From assembly GCA_963664395.2 (NCBI GenBank), contig OY761159.2:1120001-1184000 (forward strand): a DNA stretch of 64,000 nucleotides, given 5' to 3'. The notes beneath the pieces were generated by a model. That model did no database searches. It saw nothing but the letters and a program-made list of their open reading frames with translations, and was not told the DNA's origin. The DNA comes from Candidatus Binatia bacterium (GTDB taxonomy: Bacteria > Desulfobacterota > Binatia > Bin18). Position 1 is the stretch's first letter, and each line of letters starts with the position of its first letter. Shown here in pieces: positions 29,408 to 38,318 of the stretch. Both the position numbers and the translations under genes were made by a program.

Positions 29408-29674
29408 ATGGACATGAATAAATCAGCCGTCGTACACGCGCGCATAGAGCCCCAAACAAAGAAGCAGGCTGAGGGCGTTCTCCAGCAGCTTGGACTCAGT
29501 CCCACGGAAGCGATTCGGCTCTTCTATCGCCAGATCTGTTTGCGCGGTGGCCTCCCGTTTCCAGTCCTTATTCCTAACAAATTGACGGCCAAGACGCTGA
29601 AGAAAAGTCAGCGGGGAGAGGACGTCGACACATTCGACTCACTGGAGGATATGCTTGAAAGCTGGGAGAAATGA
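29408..29674 (+). CDS. dinJ: RelB/DinJ family antitoxin
   Basis: KSAVVHARIEP..K..AE.VL..LGLSPTEAIRLFYRQI....GLPF..IPN..T. Confidence 0.9.
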   Translation: MDMNKSAVVHARIEPQTKKQAEGVLQQLGLSPTEAIRLFYRQICLRGGLPFPVLIPNKLTAKTLKKSQRGEDVDTFDSLEDMLESWEK

Positions 29675-29940
29675 AAAAGCTCTCCCAGACAAAGCAATTC
29701 GTGCGGGATATCAAACGAATGCGTCGCCGCGGGAAAGATATTGGCAAGCTCAAGGCCGTAGTGGTCCAGTTGGCCCAAGGGAGGGCTCTTGCTGCAAAAC
29801 ACCGCGCTCATGCACTGACAGGGGTGTGGAAGCATTACCGCGACTGCCACATAGAGCCTGATTGGATTTTGATCTATTCAATGGACAGGAACAGTCTTCG
29901 ACTTGAGCGTACAGGCTCACATAACGACCTTTTCGAATAA
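29671..29940 (+). CDS. yafQ: YafQ family mRNA interferase toxin
   Basis: F.RDIKR, HAL.G.W..YRDCHIEPDWILIY, LERTGSH.DLF; ATGA overlap with dinJ. Confidence 0.92.
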   Translation: MKKLSQTKQFVRDIKRMRRRGKDIGKLKAVVVQLAQGRALAAKHRAHALTGVWKHYRDCHIEPDWILIYSMDRNSLRLERTGSHNDLFE

Positions 29941-30014
29941 CGGGCGCATCCAACGAATTTGACCATGCGTTCCCCCTCCATCGAGAGTCGGACAAAAATA
30001 ATCGTTGGCATGGT
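29941..30014 (-). pseudogene. diverged second copy of the ethD 5' end and its upstream region
   Basis: minus strand encodes MVKFVGCA(R) as at 28434; block GACAAAAATAATCGTTGGCATGGT identical to 28461-28484. Confidence 0.88.
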
Positions 30015-30094
30015 GAGGACGAGGGAACACGTTCACGACTCGACCGCCGGAACCTATCAGAAATCGTTCCAGGCTGATACGTACCCGAAAAATA

Positions 30095-30320
30095 GGTAGT
30101 ATCTCACTTTGAAATTGCTTCTCCTCGCCACTGATTGCCTGCCCATCTTTTTCGACGCCCGCGTCATTTTTTTTCATTTCCTACCAATTTTGGTAGGGAC
30201 AAGGGCGGCAAATTATATATATAATTCCTTCCTACCAGTGAAGCCAAAACACTGCGGCAGGCGGAGTCAAGGTCCGCCATACGAGAGCGAAATCCAAAGG
30301 ATTCAAACTGAGACACTACC
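30095..30320. mobile_element. 226-bp MITE with 19-bp terminal inverted repeats and 8-bp target duplication (IS1595/IS1-like ends)
   Basis: left GGTAGTATCTCACTTTGAA, right TTCAAACTGAGACACTACC (17/19 complementary); GAAAAATA at 30087-30094 and 30321-30328. Confidence 0.85.
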
Positions 30321-30366
30321 GAAAAATAAGCGTCTTCGTATCGACACTTGGTAATAGGTCTCGTCT

Positions 30367-31689
30367 ATGAAATTGAATATGAAAAGAAGAAAGATTGCTA
30401 TTACCGGCATAGCCTCCGGCGGCAAGACCGTATTCCTGACGTCACTGTTATGGCAGTTGAAGGAATTCAAAAACTCGAAGTTCTATAAAGAAGTAAAGGA
30501 AGTGACAATCAGCAATTTTAGCAACGTTTCGTCGCACGGCGACAAGGAATTTCGGTTCTATAAACATCGGGACGCCTTGGCGAAGGGACGCAAGTGGCCA
30601 GAGAAAACTAATGATATTCATCGGTTTCATTGCGAGTTCGAACGTGGTGATCGGAAGTTGTTTAAGAAGCAGCAACTGAACTTCCTCGACTTTCCCGGCG
30701 AGCGCATTGCCGATGCTGCGATTGCTGCCTATACCGATTTTGATGATTGGTCCGACCACATTTTCGACTGCTTCAGCGATCGCGCAGATTACAGCGAAGC
30801 GACCTGTCAATTCCTGCGGGAGGTCGAGTCCACGGACTTGAGTGCGGATGAAGCTACGCGAGCCTATCGACGGGCGTTGGCACGTTTCGTTTTAGATTAC
30901 AAGCCGCTGATTTCACCATCCGTTTTTCTTTTGGATGAGGAGGGAGATAAAGCTACATATAAATCTTTGGAAGACTTGGCGGAGGAACGAATATGTGGGT
31001 TGGATGAACAGAGTCAGTTTGCGCCATTACCGGAATCGGTGCGCAAGACCAATAGGAAGTTAGCCAAGGAGATGCGTCGACACTACCAGCGTTACCGTAA
31101 AAAGTTGGTCATCCCGCTGTTTCGCGAAGTGGCGAATTCCGACAGCTTGATCGTACTGGTGGACATACCCTCGCTGCTAGTCGGGGGTGTAGAGCGCTAC
31201 AACGACAACCGGCAGATCGTGCTGGACTTGGCTGATGTTGTGGCTGGTACTGCCATCGGCGGGCGGCTTAAGCGGATGTTCGGGTTAAATTCACTGCAGC
31301 GAGTTGCCTTCGTTGCGGCCAAAGCCGACTTGGTCGCGCCGAACGACTTGAAGAATGGTCGCTTGTGTTCCCTGCTTCGAGAAATGACCGAACAGGCGGA
31401 GGATCGGTTACCAGGGAAAGTGGACATCGACTGGTTTGTTTGCAGCGCCTGCCACTCGACTAGGCCCAGCAATGCGGAGAATACGTTGGTTGGCGCACCG
31501 CTGTCGGATAATCCCGAGCGGCTGGAAAAGGAGTTTACGGTTTCGCCGTTGCCGGAGGCTTGGCCGGGCGATTGGGGGGTTCAGGATTACCTGTTCCCCG
31601 AGGTCCATCCTAAGACGGCGCGGAATCTCCAACAACCTCCAGAACACAGAGGACTCGACAAAGTGTTCGACTTCGTCGCGCTTCGTTGA
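30367..31689 (+). CDS. ycjX: YcjX family GTP-binding protein
   Basis: IAITGIASGGKTVFLTSL, WPE.T, LDFPGE, IVLVD, FVAAKAD, RGLDKVFDF. Confidence 0.85.
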   Translation: MKLNMKRRKIAITGIASGGKTVFLTSLLWQLKEFKNSKFYKEVKEVTISNFSNVSSHGDKEFRFYKHRDALAKGRKWPEKTNDIHRFHCEFERGDRKLFKKQQLNFLDFPGERIADAAIAAYTDFDDWSDHIFDCFSDRADYSEATCQFLREVESTDLSADEATRAYRRALARFVLDYKPLISPSVFLLDEEGDKATYKSLEDLAEERICGLDEQSQFAPLPESVRKTNRKLAKEMRRHYQRYRKKLVIPLFREVANSDSLIVLVDIPSLLVGGVERYNDNRQIVLDLADVVAGTAIGGRLKRMFGLNSLQRVAFVAAKADLVAPNDLKNGRLCSLLREMTEQAEDRLPGKVDIDWFVCSACHSTRPSNAENTLVGAPLSDNPERLEKEFTVSPLPEAWPGDWGVQDYLFPEVHPKTARNLQQPPEHRGLDKVFDFVALR

Positions 31690-31699
31690 AGGAAGGGCC

Positions 31700-33004
31700 A
31701 TGGATACCAAACTTGACAACAAGCCGGAAAACCCGCCACGCGAGGGCGATGATGGGCTTGGCATTCCTCAATCTCGCGTAGAAGGTGCACGGATACTCAC
31801 CGACGCGGAGGGCGAGGGCCACCCGCGCCAGCGTGCTGGAGAACTCCGGCGTGAGTCCGAGAAGAAGCCAAAAGAAGACGTCAATTCAACGATAGCTGCG
31901 CCTGACAACGGGCCGGGAAAGTCTCTACGCGAGGGCGATGATGGGCTTGGCGTTCCTCAATCTCGCGTAGAAGGTGCACGGACGCTCACCCTTGAAGAGA
32001 TCAAAGAATACGAACACCGGCAAGACGAAGAACTTCGGCACGAGTTCGAGAGGAAGCTGGAAGAGCTTGGAGCTGCTGACACGTCGTTCAACATACCAGC
32101 GGGCGTTCTGCGCGTTATTACCTGGATTGGTTGGGGCGTGGCATCAGTGTTGGGGCTGTTCCTTGTGGCTCAGGGGGCGGCGTTGGTTGACGACATCCGA
32201 GTGTTATCGACACCGTTCAACTGGATCGCAGGTGTAAGCGCCTCGGCTTTCGCTACAATTCTGACAGTGTTGATCCTGAAGTTGGGGATAATGCTGGCTC
32301 GTCTGCACCGTAGTCCTGCGATCCCCCTGCGGTCATTGGCTGCATTGCAGCAGCGCGAACGATGGCAGCAGTTGGCCAAGCAGCATATCGAACGCGCGAA
32401 AGGCGAACTGCAAGACTATCTGAAAGGATATGAACTTGGCGGTGATGCGCGAAAACGACTGCGAGTCTTCGGAGTCAGCGAAGACGAATACGATAAGCTC
32501 GTAGAGGCGCATGAATTCCTGCTCGGAGATGAGCCGCTGTCCCCGGACGAATGGCTTAAAGCGTTCTCCCTCAGGTTTCAGTCAATTCTGGATGCAGCAG
32601 CAGAACGCCGCGCCAAGAGCTATGCCATGAAAGTCGGGGTCGCCACCGCTGCTACACCGGTGGCGGTGATTGATCAGCTCATCGTGCTGTACTCGTGCGT
32701 AGCCTTGACCAAGGAACTGATGGCCATTTACGGGCTGCGTCCTGCATTCGGTCAGACGGCGACACTCTTGGCGCGTTCCATCGTGGCCACGTACCTGAGC
32801 GGTCTGGCGCAAGAACTGTCAGAGGGTGGTGTGGATATGGTTGTGGACGGGACCGCCCAAGAACTGCTAGGTCCATCCATGCTAGGGCTTACTGCCAAGA
32901 TAGGTGCCGCCAAGATGGCTGAAGGGATATTTAATGGCGTCCTCATCCGGCGATTGGGGAAACGCACCATTTCCCTGCTTCAGCCGGTGCGACCGGAAGG
33001 ATGA
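31700..33004 (+). CDS. ycjF: YcjF/DUF697 family membrane protein with duplicated N-terminal segment
   Basis: two TM helices, ATAATP.A.ID, IYGLRP, EG.FNG.L..RLG; directly follows ycjX. Confidence 0.8.
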   Translation: MDTKLDNKPENPPREGDDGLGIPQSRVEGARILTDAEGEGHPRQRAGELRRESEKKPKEDVNSTIAAPDNGPGKSLREGDDGLGVPQSRVEGARTLTLEEIKEYEHRQDEELRHEFERKLEELGAADTSFNIPAGVLRVITWIGWGVASVLGLFLVAQGAALVDDIRVLSTPFNWIAGVSASAFATILTVLILKLGIMLARLHRSPAIPLRSLAALQQRERWQQLAKQHIERAKGELQDYLKGYELGGDARKRLRVFGVSEDEYDKLVEAHEFLLGDEPLSPDEWLKAFSLRFQSILDAAAERRAKSYAMKVGVATAATPVAVIDQLIVLYSCVALTKELMAIYGLRPAFGQTATLLARSIVATYLSGLAQELSEGGVDMVVDGTAQELLGPSMLGLTAKIGAAKMAEGIFNGVLIRRLGKRTISLLQPVRPEG

Positions 33005-33078
33005 TACGGAGGCTTTCCCTGCCTCGCCCATCTCTTTTTGAAGAGTCCGGCACTATCACGACTATGCCGCCTTTTTTC

Positions 33079-34995
33079 CTAATGATTCGTTCGCAGGTAA
33101 CGGACAATTTCCATCATGACCTTGCAGTCAACTTCGTTGTAGCGAGCAATCTCGTTCATCAGCGGCAACTCGGCCATCGACACGCCTTTCTGCCGAGCCT
33201 CTTCGTCACAGCGCCACGCACCGACCATCGCCCCCAAGCCGTCAACGGGACTATCGGCCCAACTCGTTTCTATGAAACCGTGGGCGTGCATGGCGTTAGC
33301 AACCGCTTTCAAACCGAAACCCAACGCACCCCGTACTGTTACGGGCTCCTCACGCATCACTTTCTGTAGGAAATCGTACCAGTCCAACCAGCCCAACTCG
33401 GGCCAGTCAGATCGTTTCCGGTGCCTGACTTTGGCAGAATTGTAGGCGTTCTCCAGCGCAGTTCGTTCAGCGGCTGACCAGTGGAAAATGCACGGATTAC
33501 GGTTTTGCGGGTCTAGTTGGTCGCGGACTACGGACATGTACTCAACCCATTCCTGAATGATGCGGAATTCTTCCTCTTCAGACAGCTCATTGGTGACCAG
33601 CGACTTAAACTGCCACTCCCCTTTGTCTACATGGCCGCAGCCAATCATAAAGATGAGCGGTTGCCCTCCCTTCTCCGGCAGTGTGGAAAAGTCATCGTTC
33701 AGGTCGCTGCAAAACTCGAAGTCTACGTAGAACTCAACACCGGGTGTAGGATACCACTGTTCCCGCTCGGTCTCGACCTGTAAAGGCAGAACCAACGAGC
33801 CGTCGTATTCAGGTTGGTTTACGACCAGAATCTGGTCCAGTATGCGGCTCGGCTTTTCTCCACCAACCCCCACTTTTATCGGTGTCACCCGCGGGTCATC
33901 CCAACGGTAGATGCCGTCTTCATGTGCTTGTTTGCGCTTTCCAACTCCGACTTGCCACAGTTGGGTCAGCTCTCTCAACTCACCCGCCAGCCACTTCTTG
34001 ACGCCTACCCACTGCTCGGCAGGTTCATCGTCCTCGGTACCAGGCTCCAGTTCAACGGGACCGTCATCCAACATCATGCCACCGTCGTCTGCATTGCCCA
34101 TATTAGGATAAAGTTCAGGAACCGATGGATTCGGGAGCAGTTGCCAGTCCAGACCCTCGGTCCGTACTCGCCGGACCCAACGAAGGGCATCCTCCACAGC
34201 GTCGGCAATGAGAACTCCATTGGTGACCGTACCATTCTGCGGAATCGGTCCCAACCGCTCCAGTGCGTTCGTTCCTCTGTCTCTTCGCTGTTGCCAACCG
34301 CGCCCCAACAGATACGATTCGGGCGGCTCGAAGCCCTGAAGGCGTCCCAGCATTCGGTTATAGATATATAACTGTGCCTTGTACGCTGGCCCGCTGCCAC
34401 TGTTGCTAACCTGGGAGCCGCTGGCATTCAGGTGCAGCGTCGTAAATTTGGTGTCTACCACGCGGTAGTGCCAACCATCGGCTCCCAGGTCAGGCGCGAA
34501 CACCGCCGCTTCATTCTCCGAAAAAGACTCGGCGGACAGAGTATGAAGCACATCACTCCGTATCAAGAAGTCCGGCGAACCATAGTTCATATTTTGGGCA
34601 TCCCATAACACGGCTTGGTAAATGATGGGCACGCCCTGCTGCATCGCTGCAAAGGTTTCCTCCGCCTTGTCCAGCCTGCTTATCTCCCGATAGTCTTGGG
34701 CTATCGTGGTAACGTCATACCACTGCCTGAATAGACGGAGTATGCCGGCCTCGAATTCTCTCCCCCGTTCAAAGATAAACTCCAGGAAATCTAAGTCCTT
34801 CTCGTAGCCAGGCCATGCTGTCTTTGGGATGTAGTCACAACTTTTTCCGTACAGTTGCAGCCAGTCTATGAGTGGGTCGCCCAACATCCAGTTCCGGGTG
34901 CGACCCGCACTCACCCACTGCTGCCAATCGTCGTGGGAAACGGGAAGCGGAACTTCGGAACCGTCGTCTCGGTGTGTTAGCGCGTTGATACCCAT
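33079..34995 (-). CDS. TM0106-like RecB-family nuclease with C-terminal RNase H-like domain
   Basis: GSPDFLIRSD..VVDTK..QLYIY (PD-(D/E)xK); HhH-like WQVGVG; FYVDFE, FHWS.AE, FGLK.VA, YNEVDC. Confidence 0.78.
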   Translation of the reverse strand: MGINALTHRDDGSEVPLPVSHDDWQQWVSAGRTRNWMLGDPLIDWLQLYGKSCDYIPKTAWPGYEKDLDFLEFIFERGREFEAGILRLFRQWYDVTTIAQDYREISRLDKAEETFAAMQQGVPIIYQAVLWDAQNMNYGSPDFLIRSDVLHTLSAESFSENEAAVFAPDLGADGWHYRVVDTKFTTLHLNASGSQVSNSGSGPAYKAQLYIYNRMLGRLQGFEPPESYLLGRGWQQRRDRGTNALERLGPIPQNGTVTNGVLIADAVEDALRWVRRVRTEGLDWQLLPNPSVPELYPNMGNADDGGMMLDDGPVELEPGTEDDEPAEQWVGVKKWLAGELRELTQLWQVGVGKRKQAHEDGIYRWDDPRVTPIKVGVGGEKPSRILDQILVVNQPEYDGSLVLPLQVETEREQWYPTPGVEFYVDFEFCSDLNDDFSTLPEKGGQPLIFMIGCGHVDKGEWQFKSLVTNELSEEEEFRIIQEWVEYMSVVRDQLDPQNRNPCIFHWSAAERTALENAYNSAKVRHRKRSDWPELGWLDWYDFLQKVMREEPVTVRGALGFGLKAVANAMHAHGFIETSWADSPVDGLGAMVGAWRCDEEARQKGVSMAELPLMNEIARYNEVDCKVMMEIVRYLRTNH

Positions 34996-35421
34996 ATGAT
35001 GCCCTCAAAGTCTTGTCGGTTACTGGACTGGTGACTTCCATATGTAAAAAGAACCCTTAATCTGAGGGAGGGGACATATGTCCAGCCTTTGGCCTTATTC
35101 AGAAGCTGACAGTATACAGCCTTTCTTTTGAATTGATTACGTAGGTGAGTGAAACAGAAGACGGAAACATCAGCAACCCGCCCCCAGACGGATAGGGCGG
35201 CAGAGTATTATTGCCAGTTATTCGGGAGGTCAGATGATACAATGTTATTCTAATTCCCTTGTTATCTGTCTGCTTGTTATCTGTTTAGGCGTGGGAGCAT
35301 GTTCGGAACCTCAGGATGTCGCTGGTTCATGTAAAGGTGATTTAGAGGAAACGACCAACGCGAATACACACCTCTTGGCTAGGGCGTGTTCAGCCGCTAT
35401 CTGCCTATGCTTGAGGTATCT

Positions 35422-36456
35422 CTAACGCTGTCTTCCGACCTTCAAACGATCCGGGGTTTGACTTGTAATGAGGCTCACACCTCCTCCGTGTTCCTTGTGT
35501 GCAACCCTAACCCCATAATCGCGGACGCCCTTTATCCATACATGACAGAATCTTTTTGAGAGATTGAACAAGGCAGCATGAATCTCTTCGTACGGCGAAT
35601 TGAGGAATGGCTTACGTAAATCCTCTAGGAATTGGTCTGGCTTACCGGAACGATTTGATACGTTGCAACCGTCACAGATAAGCTTTTCTAACGCACTGAC
35701 CAGACAGCTCGTCAATGGCGAGAGATTTTCACGGAAGCCCGCGAGGTTGATATCCGCTCCGTTATCGCCTGGGGAGATTCCCATATCGGCTAGAGCTTCC
35801 CAAAATTTCCGAGTGGCATCCTCGCCAAAGAATTCATCAAGCGGCCGGTCTCGTCGTGTGCTTGCCTGTAGATGCGTGGGAGACGATATTGTGTTACGCA
35901 CGTAATGCTGATGCTGCTTCCATAGTTCGTTGCCATCCCAGGAGATGTCAGCCACGTCAAGCCAACTCACGTGTCGCGCATGCGCGCAGGGGTAGCATTC
36001 ACAGAAATCCTCAAACTCTTTGACGGCCTTGAGTATAGCGGCTGTATCGGCATCTTCTGCACGGTCCCGATTGAACGGTGTCAGATACCCTATGGCTACG
36101 GATTGAGCAGCATCCTCTACCGTGAGGCTATCATAATATTTCTTTAACTGACCGTATTCGACCGAGTCATCATCTGTCTTGACTTCGATCCCCAAGACCC
36201 TGTGGCTACCTTTGTCGTGTATGCAGACGTCAATCCGCCCAGTCTTTATGTCCTTCTCAGATAAGATTTCAGGCCGATCTGGAGTATTCCATTTGAGCGG
36301 TGCAGCCAGCTTCCAGACCGTATCGAACAACGAGCGGTTTCCCGTTAAGCTTTCTATCAACGCATCCGCGAGAAACCGCGAATGGAATGGCTCCGTACGA
36401 CTTGTGACCTTCCCAATGGTCTTGAATATATTAACGCTTCGGTTGTATGTACTCAT
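35422..36456 (-). CDS. PD-(D/E)xK superfamily nuclease
   Basis: EPFHSRFLA, SEK...GRIDVCI....LGIEVK....GQLKKY, YLTP, HVSW. Confidence 0.8.
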   Translation of the reverse strand: MSTYNRSVNIFKTIGKVTSRTEPFHSRFLADALIESLTGNRSLFDTVWKLAAPLKWNTPDRPEILSEKDIKTGRIDVCIHDKGSHRVLGIEVKTDDDSVEYGQLKKYYDSLTVEDAAQSVAIGYLTPFNRDRAEDADTAAILKAVKEFEDFCECYPCAHARHVSWLDVADISWDGNELWKQHQHYVRNTISSPTHLQASTRRDRPLDEFFGEDATRKFWEALADMGISPGDNGADINLAGFRENLSPLTSCLVSALEKLICDGCNVSNRSGKPDQFLEDLRKPFLNSPYEEIHAALFNLSKRFCHVWIKGVRDYGVRVAHKEHGGGVSLITSQTPDRLKVGRQR

Positions 36457-36627
36457 TAGTAGCTACCTCTTATTTCAGACTATTTCATTTTTCAGCCAGG
36501 TCTTTTTGTTATGACCGACTATCATTGTGGAATACTCCACACGGACGAAACAAGCTCCACAACAGGGTAGCGATCTGACATTACAAGGACTCTCCCCATG
36601 GTGAGGGCGCAGCACGGTGAATCTTTA

Positions 36628-36765
36628 TACTACCCTGTGCCCACATGCCGAAGTGACACTCATTGAGAACGGGGGCGGGACCTATCACATGATTGAACAG
36701 CCCGAACAGACGGCTGCCATTGTCGTTGATTTTGTGAACAAACACACAGGAGCCTGAGCGAGGCC
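36628..36765 (+). repeat. 138-bp perfect direct repeat, right copy (orphan hydrolase 3' end)
   Basis: identical to 29224-29361. Confidence 0.95.
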
Positions 36766-36854
36766 GTGCAAAACCTTGCAAAACATTGACAGAACCTTGA
36801 CGAAACGCTGAGAGCTTTGCGATAAAGGTTTATCAATACCAAAGGAGGGGTCGT

Positions 36855-38294
36855 ATGCTCGATTGTGTCATCAAAGGTGGTCAGGTCGTTACTCCCCAAG
36901 CAGTTGGTGAAATGGATGTCGGCATTCAGGGCGAAAAGATCGTCGCCGTAGGCTGGTCAGGGACGCTGTCGGAACAGGCCGCTCGTGTGATTGACGCCAG
37001 CGGCAAAATTGTCATCCCGGGTGGCATCGAGCCGCACGCGCATATCGGCATTCCCGTGCCGAGTGAGTGGTCAGGTCAGCCGGATATCATGACCCAGCCG
37101 CCCCAGGACGCCAGCCGGGCCGCCGCGTTCGGGGGGGTCACAACCATCGTCGATTTTGCTGGGGATCTGAGTTTTGCAGAGGTGGAGGACGCAACACCCA
37201 AATCCATCATGAGTGTCGTGGAGGAACGCCGCAGTGTGTTTCGCACCCATGCCTACACCGACTATACCTTTCACTACATTCTGGCGGGTGAGGTCGCGCC
37301 GGAGACGATCAGCGAGATTGGCGAGGCCATACAAGAAGGCGTAGCCAGCTTTAAGATCTTTACCACCTTCCATCCCATCCGGGTTCCATACGGACATCTG
37401 TGGACCATATTTGCCGAGGTGGCCAAGCACGGCGGCATTATGGCGGTACACGCCGAAGAAGATGAAGTCGTGCGCTATATGACCGCAAAGCTCAAGCGTG
37501 AGGGCCGCGACCAGGGGTATAACCTCCACCTCGTTCACAACAACATCTCTGAAGATCTGGCCTTCCGTCATATCATCCGTCTGGCCCAGCATACTGAGGC
37601 GGGTATTTACTTTGTGCATACGACCGCCAAAGAAGGCGTGGCCGCCATCGCCGAGGCACGCGCCGCCGGTCAGCCAGTGTATGGCGAGGCGCTCCACAAT
37701 TATCTCCAATTCACCTGTGAGGATTACAAAAAGCCTGGCGGGACAGCGATTCACACCTATCCGGCCATTAAGTTCGCGGATGACAGAGACGCGTTGATCG
37801 CCGGCTTGATGGACGGCCGTTTGGCGACCACGGCCACAGATGAATACACGACCCATAAAGGACCCAAGCTGTGGGGCGATACGATCGAGACCGTCTGCGG
37901 TGGGCATAACGGCATTGAGACCCGTATGCCGGTCGCCTTCACCAAGTTTGTGGCAGAGCGCAACATGTCGCTCCAGCGCTTTGTTGACATTACCTCGGCC
38001 AACGCCGCCAAACTCCTCGGGCTTTATCCCCGGAAGGGAGCGATTCAGCCGGGGAGCGATGCCGATCTCGTTTTGATTGATCCCGACATGAAAAAAACGC
38101 TCACCATGGACGATCTGCACGCCGACGCTGACTACAGCATCTGGGAGGGCTTTGCCTGCCAGGGCTATCCGGTGCTGACCATGCTGCGCGGTAAGGTGAT
38201 TGTCGATCAGGGACAACTGGTCGGGAGTTCGACTGACGGCCAATGGCTCAAACGGCGGGTGTCGGGCGATGTCATCTCCCGGCCAGTGGTGTAG
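36855..38294 (+). CDS. dihydropyrimidinase/D-hydantoinase family amidohydrolase
   Basis: PGGIEPHAH, AAAFGGVTTIVDF, GVASFKIF, VHAE, GLYPRKG.IQPGSDADLV. Confidence 0.88.
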   Translation: MLDCVIKGGQVVTPQAVGEMDVGIQGEKIVAVGWSGTLSEQAARVIDASGKIVIPGGIEPHAHIGIPVPSEWSGQPDIMTQPPQDASRAAAFGGVTTIVDFAGDLSFAEVEDATPKSIMSVVEERRSVFRTHAYTDYTFHYILAGEVAPETISEIGEAIQEGVASFKIFTTFHPIRVPYGHLWTIFAEVAKHGGIMAVHAEEDEVVRYMTAKLKREGRDQGYNLHLVHNNISEDLAFRHIIRLAQHTEAGIYFVHTTAKEGVAAIAEARAAGQPVYGEALHNYLQFTCEDYKKPGGTAIHTYPAIKFADDRDALIAGLMDGRLATTATDEYTTHKGPKLWGDTIETVCGGHNGIETRMPVAFTKFVAERNMSLQRFVDITSANAAKLLGLYPRKGAIQPGSDADLVLIDPDMKKTLTMDDLHADADYSIWEGFACQGYPVLTMLRGKVIVDQGQLVGSSTDGQWLKRRVSGDVISRPVV

Positions 38295-38318
38295 AGCCCC
38301 GAGGACCGGGAGGGTTGA

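Noticed and set aside
35234-35425. Small lipoprotein-like ORF (LVICLLVICLGVGAC)
   Set aside because: Has an RBS and a lipobox-like motif but is only 63 aa, includes a short tandem repeat, and may be a truncated relic; not enough support to call.
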